A DNA stretch of 64,000 bases from Acidimicrobiales bacterium (GTDB taxonomy: Bacteria > Actinomycetota > Acidimicrobiia > Acidimicrobiales > Aldehydirespiratoraceae): positions 125,256 to 189,255 of the forward strand of contig OZ244029.1 of the NCBI GenBank assembly GCA_965214945.1. The letters are read 5' to 3'. Both the position numbers and the translations under genes were made by a program. Under the pieces are notes generated by a model that was not told where the DNA came from, searched no databases, and saw only the letters and a list, made by a program, of their open reading frames with translations. Below, one piece after another: positions 10,022-18,314 of this stretch (position 1 is its first letter; each line of letters opens with the position of its first letter).

Positions 10022-10258
10022 GCTTACTCCTGTGGATTTGGGGTGATTGCGCCGGGCAGCCCGACCGTTCCCGGCGGGGTGCCGACGGGACGAAACTATA
10101 GGCGATGCCCGCGGTTAGCATCGATTTGTTGTGGCAGGCGACCGATACGGCGGCGGGCAACCGACCCGCCATGCGTTCGGCCGAAGCGGCGACCCGCCAG
10201 CCCGGCGCCATCCGAGCGGCGCTGTCGACGCAGCGCCGGCGACTGCGAGTCGGATCTG

Positions 10259-11680
10259 ATGGCGTCTCTCGTCGTTCGGGGCGGCCGGGTCGTGTCGGTC
10301 GGCGGAGTGTTCGCCGCCGACGTGGTCGTGGACGGCGAGCGCATCGCTGCCCTCAAGTCCCCAGACGAAGCCGGCACCGGCGCAGCCCTCGAGATCGACG
10401 CCGGCGGGTGCTACGTCATGCCGGGAGGGGTCGACACTCATGTTCACCTCGAGAATCCGGCTCTCTCGTTCACCACATGCAGCTCCGACGACTTCCACAC
10501 CGGCACCGTGGCCGCGGCCATGGGCGGCACCACCACCATCGTCGATTTCGTCAAGGCCCGACCCGGCGAGCCTGTCTACGACGCCTTCCACGCCCGCCGG
10601 GCTCGGGCCGAGGCCGAGGTGGTGATCGACTTCGGCCTCCATCCGGTGGTGCCGGCGGACGCCTTGGAGTGCGGCGCTCTCGAACAGCTCCGTCGGCTGG
10701 CCGCGGAGGGGGCCACCAGCTGGAAGTTCTTCATGGCCTACGAGGGGATGATGGCCGACGACCCGACCCTGATAGCCGGTTTCAGGGCCGCGGCCGCCGA
10801 AGGCGTGCTACCGATGGTGCACGCCGAGAACGGCCATCTCATCGCCGACGCAACCGAGCAGCTGGTGAAACGGGGCTGCGTCGACGAGCACCATCACCAC
10901 TCGGCCCACAGCCACCGGTCCGAGCAGGAGGCCGTCCATCGGGCCATCGCCATCGCCGAGTCGGTGGGCAGCAGCCTGTTCGTCGTGCACGTATCCAGCC
11001 GGTTCGCTCTGGTCGAGATCGTCCGGGCCCGGGCCCGCGGCCTGCCCGTCTACGCCGAGACGTGCCCCCAGTACCTGCTGGCCGCCTACGAGGACTACGC
11101 GGAGCTCGGTCACGAGGCGGCGAAGTACCTGTGCTCCCCGCCGATTCGCGAGCGAGCCAACCAGGAGGCCCTCTGGGAGGCGCTGTCCGGCGGGGCCTTG
11201 TCGACCATCGGCACCGACCACGCGCCGTTCTACATGGGTCAGCCCGACGACCTGCCGCCCCAGAAGGGGCGAGGCTCCGGATTCTTTCCCGACGTGCCCA
11301 ACGGCGTGCCCGGCATCGAGGACCGCCTGTCGGTCGTGTGGCAGGCCGGCGTGAACGGGGGTCGGTTTGACGCCTGCCGGTTCGTCGACCTGGTCGCCAC
11401 CGGTCCGGCCCGTCTGTTCGGCCTCTATCCTCGCAAGGGCGCCGTTGTCCCGGGCGCGGACGCCGATCTCGTCGTCTGGGATCCTGCCCTGAACCGGACC
11501 ATCAGCTCGGATCGCCACCACATGCGGACCGACTACAACCTGTACGAAGGGATGAGGATCACAGGCGGGGTCACCCATGTCGTCTCCCGCGGCGACGTGA
11601 TCGTGGAACACGGCCGGCTGAACGCAGCGGCGGGACGGGGGCGCTACCTGGCGCGGCAGCGACCGTGCCCGGTCCCATAA
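10259..11680 (+). CDS. dihydropyrimidinase / D-hydantoinase (cyclic amidohydrolase)
   Basis: Start at MASLVVRGGRVV. Motifs are GGVDTHVHL (HxH), KFFMAY (carbamylated Lys context), VHAENG, HVSS and GTDHAPF. The length is 473 aa. The ORF-track N-terminal extension from 9875 is rejected. Confidence 0.85.
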   Translation: MASLVVRGGRVVSVGGVFAADVVVDGERIAALKSPDEAGTGAALEIDAGGCYVMPGGVDTHVHLENPALSFTTCSSDDFHTGTVAAAMGGTTTIVDFVKARPGEPVYDAFHARRARAEAEVVIDFGLHPVVPADALECGALEQLRRLAAEGATSWKFFMAYEGMMADDPTLIAGFRAAAAEGVLPMVHAENGHLIADATEQLVKRGCVDEHHHHSAHSHRSEQEAVHRAIAIAESVGSSLFVVHVSSRFALVEIVRARARGLPVYAETCPQYLLAAYEDYAELGHEAAKYLCSPPIRERANQEALWEALSGGALSTIGTDHAPFYMGQPDDLPPQKGRGSGFFPDVPNGVPGIEDRLSVVWQAGVNGGRFDACRFVDLVATGPARLFGLYPRKGAVVPGADADLVVWDPALNRTISSDRHHMRTDYNLYEGMRITGGVTHVVSRGDVIVEHGRLNAAAGRGRYLARQRPCPVP

Positions 11681-11720
11681 GGGTCGCGTGCAAGGCCGGG
11701 CTCAGGGCGAGAACGCCGCC

Positions 11721-12752
11721 ATGAGTTCGGAGGCCTTCCCGCTGGGAGTCCATGTCGGCGAGCGCCTGACCCTCGCGGAGACTTGGTGGCAGGCCCAGTT
11801 CGCCGACACGCACGGCTTCGAATCGGTCTGGGTCGCCGAAGGCAGGCTCGCCCGCGACGGCATCGTCCCGGCCGCCGTCATCGCATCGCGCACCGCCAAT
11901 GTCCGCGTCGGCACCGGCGTCGTCAACAACAAATCGCGCAATGCGGCGCTCATGGCCGTCACTTTCAAGACGCTCGACGAACTGGCGCCGGGCCGGGCAT
12001 TTCTGGGAATCGGCGCCTGGTGGGAGCCGATCGCCGGCAAGGTCGGCACCCCGGTCGTGCGCCCGATCGCAGCCATGCGCGAGTACGTGACGGTTCTGCA
12101 AACCTTCTTCCGCAACGAGGTCGTGGACTTCAACGGCGACTTCGTGCAGATGGACGGGGTCCGGTTCGACAGCATGTATCACGAGAACCGAGCTGTCGAC
12201 ATCCCGATCTATCTCGGGGCCGTGGGCCCGCAGATGCTGGAGCTGGCCGGCGAGATATGCGACGGAGTGAATCTGGACTTTCTGCTGCCGGTCTCATACC
12301 TCGAGGGCGCCTTGGAGGCGATCGACCGGGGCGTCGCACGTCGCGCCGATGGCCGGGAGTCGATCCACATCACCCAGATCGTCGCCTGCAGCGTGGACGA
12401 CGACCACCCCGATGAGGCTGTGGACGCCTGCCGCGCCTTTCTCACCCAGTACTTGATGCAGCAGCCCCACATCGCCGAGCACTGCGGCGTCGAGCCCGAA
12501 TTGGTGACCAGGATCCGGGAGGTTGCCGGTTGGCCGGCCACGCCCGACGACGTGAGACGGGCGATGAGGCTCGTGCCCGTGTCCCTAGTGCACGAAGTGT
12601 GCGCCTGCGGGTCGAGCGGCCGGGCCTTCGCCAAGCTCGCCGAGTACAACCAAGCCGGTGTCGCCCTCCCGATCATTTCAACCCACGGCGACAAGGAGGG
12701 CACGCTCGTCGCTCTGGCCCGAGCCGCCGGACGGCGAGGCGGAACATCATGA
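11721..12752 (+). CDS. luciferase-like monooxygenase (LLM) family flavin/F420-dependent oxidoreductase
   Basis: FESVWVAEGR...GTGVVN...LDELAPGRAFLGIGAWW is the typical LLM TIM-barrel pattern. Start at MSSEAFPLG. Confidence 0.75.
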   Translation: MSSEAFPLGVHVGERLTLAETWWQAQFADTHGFESVWVAEGRLARDGIVPAAVIASRTANVRVGTGVVNNKSRNAALMAVTFKTLDELAPGRAFLGIGAWWEPIAGKVGTPVVRPIAAMREYVTVLQTFFRNEVVDFNGDFVQMDGVRFDSMYHENRAVDIPIYLGAVGPQMLELAGEICDGVNLDFLLPVSYLEGALEAIDRGVARRADGRESIHITQIVACSVDDDHPDEAVDACRAFLTQYLMQQPHIAEHCGVEPELVTRIREVAGWPATPDDVRRAMRLVPVSLVHEVCACGSSGRAFAKLAEYNQAGVALPIISTHGDKEGTLVALARAAGRRGGTS

Positions 12753-12813
12753 GCGGCCCGACCGCGGCGCCCGGCGCGAGCAGGCGGCGGATTCGGTCGT
12801 GAGCGCACGGCTG

Positions 12814-13629
12814 ATGCGCCTGGCCGCCGTGCAGGTCCGGTCGGGGGAAGACCGGGACGCCAACATCGCTATGGCGGCCGAACTGATCGACGAGGCAGCC
12901 GGCGACGGCGCCGAACTGGTGGTCCTGCCCGAGATCTTTGCCGCTCCTTTCGTCGGCGAGATTGTCGACGACGGCTATTTCCGGTGGGCTGAACCGATCG
13001 ACGGGCCCTCCAACACTATGGCCCGGATGCGCTCGGCCCGACATCAGATCGCGGTGGTGTCGTCCATTTTCGAAGAGACCGCCGTCCTTGGCGTGTACCA
13101 CAACGCCGCCTGCGTGTACGTGCGCGGCCGGCTCGAGTGCGTCTACCGGAAGTCCCATCTGCCGTTCTCCAACGGATTCCCCGAGAAGTACTACTTCAGG
13201 CCGGGCGCCGAGCCCCCGCCCGTGGTCGACGTGGGACCGGCCCGGGTCGGTCTGATCATCTGCTACGAGCGCCACTTCCCCGAGCTCGGTCGGTTGGTGG
13301 CGCTCGGCGGCGCCGACGTCATGTGCGTGCCGGCTGCTTGCGCCAGCGCTCCGGCCCGTTCGGTCTTCCGGCTCGAGCTGCAGGCCCACGCCGCCTTCAA
13401 CAGCATGTTCGTGGTCTGCGCCAACCGGGTCGGACGGGAAGGCGGCAAGGACTACTTCGGTCTCAGCGCCGTATGCGATCCCGACGGCGAGATCATCGTC
13501 GAAGCCGATTCGACGACCCCGCAAGCCGTGGTGGCCGAACTCGACCTGGATGCGGTCCTGCGGCGCCGCCAGCGGCTGCCGTACCTGCGAGATCGTCGAC
13601 CGTCGCTGTACCGGAGCCTTGCCGATTGA
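12814..13629 (+). CDS. carbon-nitrogen hydrolase (N-carbamoyl-amino-acid amidohydrolase / beta-ureidopropionase-like)
   Basis: MRLAAVQV..., with E in VVLPEIFA, K in VYRKSHLP and C in LIICYERHFPE. An alternative GTG start is at 12799. Confidence 0.8.
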   Translation: MRLAAVQVRSGEDRDANIAMAAELIDEAAGDGAELVVLPEIFAAPFVGEIVDDGYFRWAEPIDGPSNTMARMRSARHQIAVVSSIFEETAVLGVYHNAACVYVRGRLECVYRKSHLPFSNGFPEKYYFRPGAEPPPVVDVGPARVGLIICYERHFPELGRLVALGGADVMCVPAACASAPARSVFRLELQAHAAFNSMFVVCANRVGREGGKDYFGLSAVCDPDGEIIVEADSTTPQAVVAELDLDAVLRRRQRLPYLRDRRPSLYRSLAD

Positions 13630-14034
13630 TCAGCTAAGGGCCGGGACATTCATGTAGCGGCGCTCGATCAACGCCTTCCGCGATCGGGGACCGTCGGCGC
13701 AGTTCACCAGATCGGAAGTTCTCGACGGCCCGGCCTCGGTCGGGCGCCGGAATCGCTCGCCGGCCGTCAAGCCCTGGGACTCTGGGCTGAGCGCTACCAT
13801 GCCCTAGGCGAGCGAGGCTCGGCGTGCTCCTCTGAAGGCCACGCCTCCTCGGCGGACGCAGCAACGCGACGGGTCGACGCGCCATGCCCCGCGCATGTCC
13901 TCCCCATCCTCACGACGGCACAGAGAGAACCAGACGACGGTGACCTCCTCATCACAGGACGCTGGCACCACCGGTTAGGGCGCTATTGCGGCACCTATGG
14001 TTCGGGCTGCCTCCGGGTGTGTCCGGCCGCTTCT

Positions 14035-14149
14035 GGGTGTGGCGGCCAGGCTGTCTGCGGCACCCGAGCGGTTCTGCTGAGAGCTGCTGCCTTCCGGCCC
14101 TGACCCGGTTCACAGGCGCTCGTCGCACAGGACCCGGCCGCCACACCCC
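14035..14149 (-). ncRNA. ffs: signal recognition particle RNA, copy 2 (identical to copy 1)
   Basis: Same sequence as 3928-4042, shifted by 10107. Confidence 0.8.
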
Positions 14150-14210
14150 GAAGCGGGCGAAACGTGACGGCACGGTACCCTCACCAGCCGGGGTCCGCTG
14201 CGGCGGGCTG

Positions 14211-14295
14211 GGAGGGTTGCCAGAGCGGCCGAATGGGCACGCTTGGAAAGCGTGTGAGGCGAGAGCCTCCGTGGGTTCAAATCCCACACCCTCCG
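14211..14295 (+). tRNA. tRNA-Ser (anticodon GGA), copy 2 (identical)
   Basis: Same sequence as 4104-4188, shifted by 10107. Confidence 0.9.
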
Positions 14296-14308
14296 CCCCA
14301 CCGGTACC

Positions 14309-15583
14309 GTGCCCGCGATGAGACCGGAGCCGACGGGCGACCGCACCGTCGTAGCCATTGGTGACGACAGACGACAGAATTCTCTGAGGGTCATCGCCAC
14401 GCTGATCGGAGTGCTCGCGGGGCTGGCCGCCGTTCTGTGGCTGCTGGGACGCACGGGCGGCGATGGCCCTGCAGACGCCCCTGACGCGCCGCTGCCGATC
14501 GAAGATCCCGCCGCGGAGGCGTCGGGCCGCGGTTCCGACGCTGCAACACGCGCCCAGTCCGGGCCCGGGTCCGAGTCCGGCGCTACGGGTGGCGCTGTCC
14601 AGCCTGGCGAAGCAGGCTCCGCAAGCCGCTCCGACGCCCTAGGCGCACGGCTCGCCTACCTGACCGAGGGCGGTGTGGCGATCATGCGCTTGGCGGTTGT
14701 CACCGACGACGACGGGGCGCGTCTCGCGGTCGACGCCGTGGACCGCGTGCGGATCAAGGTGTCGGGCGCTGTGCTGCCCCTCAACGAGTATGCGCTTCTT
14801 ACCGACGGCAACCGCACTGTCGGCCTGTCTATGGGCGACAGTCGTGGCGACGGCCCGTTCACCGCTGTTGTCGTCGCCTCGGCGGCCCGCGTCGTACCCG
14901 ACAGCTCGCCGCTGGTCGAGTACTGGGTGATCGACCGCCGTGACGACCACAGCAAGGGTGTGCTGCTGGTGGCCTGGCATTTCTACGGATTCATGTCGGG
15001 GGACAGGCGGGTGCCGCCCGGGTCTGACCTGGTGGTCACAGGCGAGCCGGGAATACTGGTGGTGCCGCCCACCGGTAAAACCTTTCGCGCGGTGATCAGC
15101 GGCTTCGAGCCCGTGAGCGAGCACCGGGCGCTGGCAGCGGGCGGCGGTGTGCGCGTGGAGCAGCGCTGTGACGACCAACTCGTCTGCGAGGTGGTGGCGG
15201 TCGATTTGAGCGACGGCCGGGTGACAGTGCTGCCGGACGACTTCATCGCTGAACTCGGTGAGATATCGGTGTCGCCCGGAGGCCGCTGGCTGCTCAACGA
15301 CACCAGCCCGGCCTTGCTGTATGACCGGACGGAGGAGGAGCCGCGACAACTCCAAGTGGGCGGCTACGGCCGGGCCCAGTGGACACGCTGGCCGCTGCCG
15401 GAGGCGCACAGAGACCAAGCCGAGCCGCACTTCGGCGTGGCTGTCGGCTGGCTGACGACGGATCGGACGCCGTCGCTGGTTCTAGCCCGAGCCGACGCTG
15501 TCGGCGGACCCGAGGTGCTCGTTGTCGAGCTGTCCGGCCTCGACGCCGACCCCGTGCCGGGCTCGTCCTTCGTGCTGTGGTGA
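14309..15583 (+). CDS. hypothetical membrane-anchored extracytoplasmic protein
   Basis: N-terminal TM helix LRVIATLIGVLAGLAAVLWLL, then a Gly/Ser/Ala/Pro linker, then a beta-rich body of about 300 aa. No motif recognised. Confidence 0.5.
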   Translation: MPAMRPEPTGDRTVVAIGDDRRQNSLRVIATLIGVLAGLAAVLWLLGRTGGDGPADAPDAPLPIEDPAAEASGRGSDAATRAQSGPGSESGATGGAVQPGEAGSASRSDALGARLAYLTEGGVAIMRLAVVTDDDGARLAVDAVDRVRIKVSGAVLPLNEYALLTDGNRTVGLSMGDSRGDGPFTAVVVASAARVVPDSSPLVEYWVIDRRDDHSKGVLLVAWHFYGFMSGDRRVPPGSDLVVTGEPGILVVPPTGKTFRAVISGFEPVSEHRALAAGGGVRVEQRCDDQLVCEVVAVDLSDGRVTVLPDDFIAELGEISVSPGGRWLLNDTSPALLYDRTEEEPRQLQVGGYGRAQWTRWPLPEAHRDQAEPHFGVAVGWLTTDRTPSLVLARADAVGGPEVLVVELSGLDADPVPGSSFVLW

Positions 15584-15641
15584 GCCTGTCAGCCCCGCAG
15601 GCCCCTCACGGAGCCGGGACAGTGTCGGGGTCCCGACAGCG

Positions 15642-16514
15642 TCAGGCTGCGGCCAGGGCGGCAGCGCCGAAAGCGACGGAGAAGCGTACGCACCAAACCA
15701 CCACCGTGGAATAGTGGTTTAAGTCGAGGTCTCTGGGGATCTCGTAGTTCTGGTCGCCAATGTTGCCATGAAGGTCGCCGAGGTTCACGAAGTCGTCATC
15801 GAAGGCGCTTTCTGGAGCATCGGGCCCAGCTGAGGACAGATAGACATCGAGATCGGGGCCGTTGTCCGTCCTGAAGTGCTCAAACCGCAGGAAGCGCTGG
15901 CCTGTCCCGTCGCCGAGCACTGTGGCGCTGCCCGAAGTGGGGTGGCTCCGACTGCGGAAGCTGCCCGACGCCTCGACGGAGATTACCGGCTCAGACGGCA
16001 CAGTCGTGTCGGGCGCTTCCGTTGTGGGAGCAGCCGTCGGCGCAGGAGCCTCATCATCCGGCCCGGCGGTGGGAACAGCACCCTCATCCTCCACCGCGGC
16101 AGCGGTCGTCGGCGTGTCGGCTGTCCCGGTGTCGTCGACGGTCGCCTCGGCAGCTGTGTTGGATGCCTGCGTCGTTGGCGTCACGCCCTCGCCACCCTCA
16201 CCGTCTTCACCTTCGGACTCGGATTTAACAGTTGCGGGCACGGGCTGCGCAGCGCTGTCGTCGTCGCCTAGCTGGCTGTCGAACACCGGGAGCGCCTCGT
16301 CCACCACGTCATCGACAAACACCAGGTGAAACGCGAACACGGCGAAGAACAGCCACGCCCCGACAGCCCCCAGCACCGCAGCGACGGGCAGAACCCAGCC
16401 CCAGTTTCTTGCAATCCAGCTTTTTCTTGACCCGGCCACCGGGATCATCACACGGTTTTCGGCAACACGGTTTTCGGCCGGATAGCTCCGGTTTCTTGCA
16501 ATCCAGCCTTTCAT
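15642..16514 (-). CDS. DM13 domain-containing membrane-anchored protein
   Basis: The C-terminal segment GSATVLGDGTGQRFLRFEHFRTDNGPDLDVYLS...GDQNYEIP...YSTVVVWCVRFSVAFGAA matches the DM13 pattern. It has a TM helix and a Thr/Ala/Pro/Glu linker. The start is ambiguous (16514, 16448 or 16577) because the 5' end is duplicated. Confidence 0.65.
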   Translation of the reverse strand: MKGWIARNRSYPAENRVAENRVMIPVAGSRKSWIARNWGWVLPVAAVLGAVGAWLFFAVFAFHLVFVDDVVDEALPVFDSQLGDDDSAAQPVPATVKSESEGEDGEGGEGVTPTTQASNTAAEATVDDTGTADTPTTAAAVEDEGAVPTAGPDDEAPAPTAAPTTEAPDTTVPSEPVISVEASGSFRSRSHPTSGSATVLGDGTGQRFLRFEHFRTDNGPDLDVYLSSAGPDAPESAFDDDFVNLGDLHGNIGDQNYEIPRDLDLNHYSTVVVWCVRFSVAFGAAALAAA

Positions 16515-16663
16515 GACCCCCCAGCTTCCTTTTGCGGCAACGGCACAATAACGGACGGACCACGTGCCGCAGCACACCGCGAGTTGCGTTCGCGGCCTGT
16601 GCCGACGCGGCCAGCGTCCGGCGGTTCCCCGACGCAGCGCCGTCGGGCGGTAGCTTCGGCGAC

Positions 16664-17509
16664 ATGAGCGCGCACGCCGTGTGGGTTGACGGCCGGATGG
16701 CAGAGCCGGGCCGCGCCCATCTGCGGGCCGACGACCACGGCGTGATCGTCGGAGACGGCGTGTTCGAGACGCTTCTGGTGGTGAGAAGCCGGGGCCGCCC
16801 CGAGGCGTTCGCTATCCGCCGCCACCTTCAGCGGCTGAGGCGGTCGGCGGCCCTGATGCAGCTCGACTACCCGCTCACCGACGACTATCTACGCCGCGGC
16901 ATCGAAGCGTGCCTGAGCGCCGCTCCCGAAGCCGGGGTTGTACGCGTCACGGTGACCAGCGGCGGCGGGCCGCTCGGATCTGGGCGGGGCACCGGGCCGG
17001 GCTCGACGATCGTGATGGCCGGCAACTCGCCGCCGTCATATGAGCCGGGCGCATCGGTGGCCATGATGCACTTCCCGCGAAACGATCTCAGCGCGCTGGC
17101 CGGCGTCAAGACCACCTCGTACGCCGAGAACGTGCTGGCGCTGCGCATCGCCAGACAGCGGGGCGCCTCAGAGGCGATCTTCGGTGACACGAAGGGCCGA
17201 GTCAGCGAGGGAACGGGATCGAACATCTTCTGGACGGACAGCGCGGCGCTGCACACCCCCCCTCTCGACACCGGCTGTCTGGCCGGAGTCACCCGCGCGC
17301 TGCTGATGGAAATGCTCGATGTCACCGAGACGCATCTGCCCCTGGGTGAGCTGCCCCATGTGGAAGAGGCGTTCTTGGCATCGACCACTAGGTCAGTGCA
17401 ATCCATCGGCGCCGTCGACGGCAGGCCGCTGCCCGTGGTGGACGGGCCTCTGACGAAGCAGGCCGCGTCCGCTATGGCCGACCTGATCGCCACCGACATC
17501 GACCCTTGA
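16664..17509 (+). CDS. class IV aminotransferase (aminodeoxychorismate lyase / branched-chain type)
   Basis: Start at MSAHAVWVDG. Contains DHGVIVGDGVFETL, EGTGSNIFW and GVTRALL. Confidence 0.75.
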   Translation: MSAHAVWVDGRMAEPGRAHLRADDHGVIVGDGVFETLLVVRSRGRPEAFAIRRHLQRLRRSAALMQLDYPLTDDYLRRGIEACLSAAPEAGVVRVTVTSGGGPLGSGRGTGPGSTIVMAGNSPPSYEPGASVAMMHFPRNDLSALAGVKTTSYAENVLALRIARQRGASEAIFGDTKGRVSEGTGSNIFWTDSAALHTPPLDTGCLAGVTRALLMEMLDVTETHLPLGELPHVEEAFLASTTRSVQSIGAVDGRPLPVVDGPLTKQAASAMADLIATDIDP

Positions 17510-17635
17510 CACGCCGCGCCGCCGCCCAACCGCCCCGCCCGACCGTCCGCCCGCAGCTCCGCCTTGAATGACGACGAGTTGATGACGGAGGCTCTGGCCG
17601 TTGGGCTGGCCGTCCATGCCGAGGGCCAGCCGCCA

Positions 17636-18082
17636 ATGAATGACGATGAACTGATGACGGAGGCTCTGGCCGAGGCTCGGGCCGCGGCCGCGCAGGGGGA
17701 GGTGCCCGTCGGCGCTGTGGTGTGGCACGGCAGCCGGATCATCGCCCGCCGCCACAACGAGCGCGAGAGTTCGGGCGATCCCACCGCCCATGCTGAGATC
17801 CTGGCTCTGCGCGACGCGGCGGCGGCCCTCGGGTCTTGGCGGCTCGACGGCACGGTGGTGGCCGTGACGCTGGAACCGTGCCCCATGTGCGCGGGGGCAT
17901 TGCAGCAGGCAAGAGTGGAGTGCGTGCTGTTCGGCGCTACCGATCCCAAAGCCGGCGCACTCGGCTCTCTCTATAACTTGGGCGCCGACCCGAGGCTCAA
18001 CCACGAGTTCAAGGTGAAACCCGGCTTGCTCGCCGGAGAATGCGGCTCGCTATTGACCGACTTCTTCGCGTCTCGCCGTTGA
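17636..18082 (+). CDS. tadA: tRNA adenosine(34) deaminase
   Basis: Contains HAEILALR and PCPMCAGAL. The preferred start is ATG 17636. The ORF can extend in frame to TTG 17564 through a duplicated copy of the first 12 codons. Confidence 0.9.
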   Translation: MNDDELMTEALAEARAAAAQGEVPVGAVVWHGSRIIARRHNERESSGDPTAHAEILALRDAAAALGSWRLDGTVVAVTLEPCPMCAGALQQARVECVLFGATDPKAGALGSLYNLGADPRLNHEFKVKPGLLAGECGSLLTDFFASRR

Positions 18083-18191
18083 GCCCGCCCCTGCCGCGCC
18101 TAACCCCGCTGAGCCCACCCCTGGGCGCAGAGGCTGCCCGGAAACGCGGCCTATGGCATCAAAACCCGACTTGTTGGGTAGGCTTTAGCGC

Positions 18192-18278
18192 GGAGAGTTG
18201 CCAGAGCGGACGAATGGGGCGGCCTCGAAAGCCGTTGTGGCCCTCGGGTCACCATGGGTTCGAATCCCATACTCTCCG
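18192..18278 (+). tRNA. tRNA-Ser (anticodon CGA)
   Basis: Acceptor GGAGAGT pairs with ACTCTCC, the anticodon loop is CTCGAAA, there is a long variable arm, and the T-loop is GGTTCGAATCC. It lies directly downstream of tadA. Confidence 0.9.
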
Positions 18279-18314
18279 CTGTAGGAGCCGACCGAATATG
18301 AGAAGGAGTTTCAC

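Larger units (their letters stand above)
13967..14298. repeat. Copy 2 of the perfect 332-bp direct repeat
   Basis: See copy 1. Offset is 10107. Confidence 0.9.

Noticed and set aside
9875-10258. 128-codon N-terminal extension of the hydantoinase ORF
   Set aside because: The extension overlaps the divergent binding-protein gene and promoter region and is Arg/Pro-rich. Homologue-like length and the MASLVVRGG beginning favour ATG 10259.
13630-13966. Searched the 337-nt non-coding stretch before repeat copy 2 for an integrase or transposase remnant or an att-like core
   Set aside because: All six frames give only short, featureless peptides, for example a 56-aa minus-strand frame containing ...ERFRRPTEAGPSRTSDLVNCADGPRSRKALIERRYMN. 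I cannot tie these to any recombinase family by eye, and a tblastn or HMM search would be needed.
3857-14308. GGTACC hexamers near the outer edges of both repeat copies (3857 and 14303) as possible recombination cores
   Set aside because: A third GGTACC lies inside the repeat itself, and a 6-mer of this composition is expected by chance in high-GC DNA.
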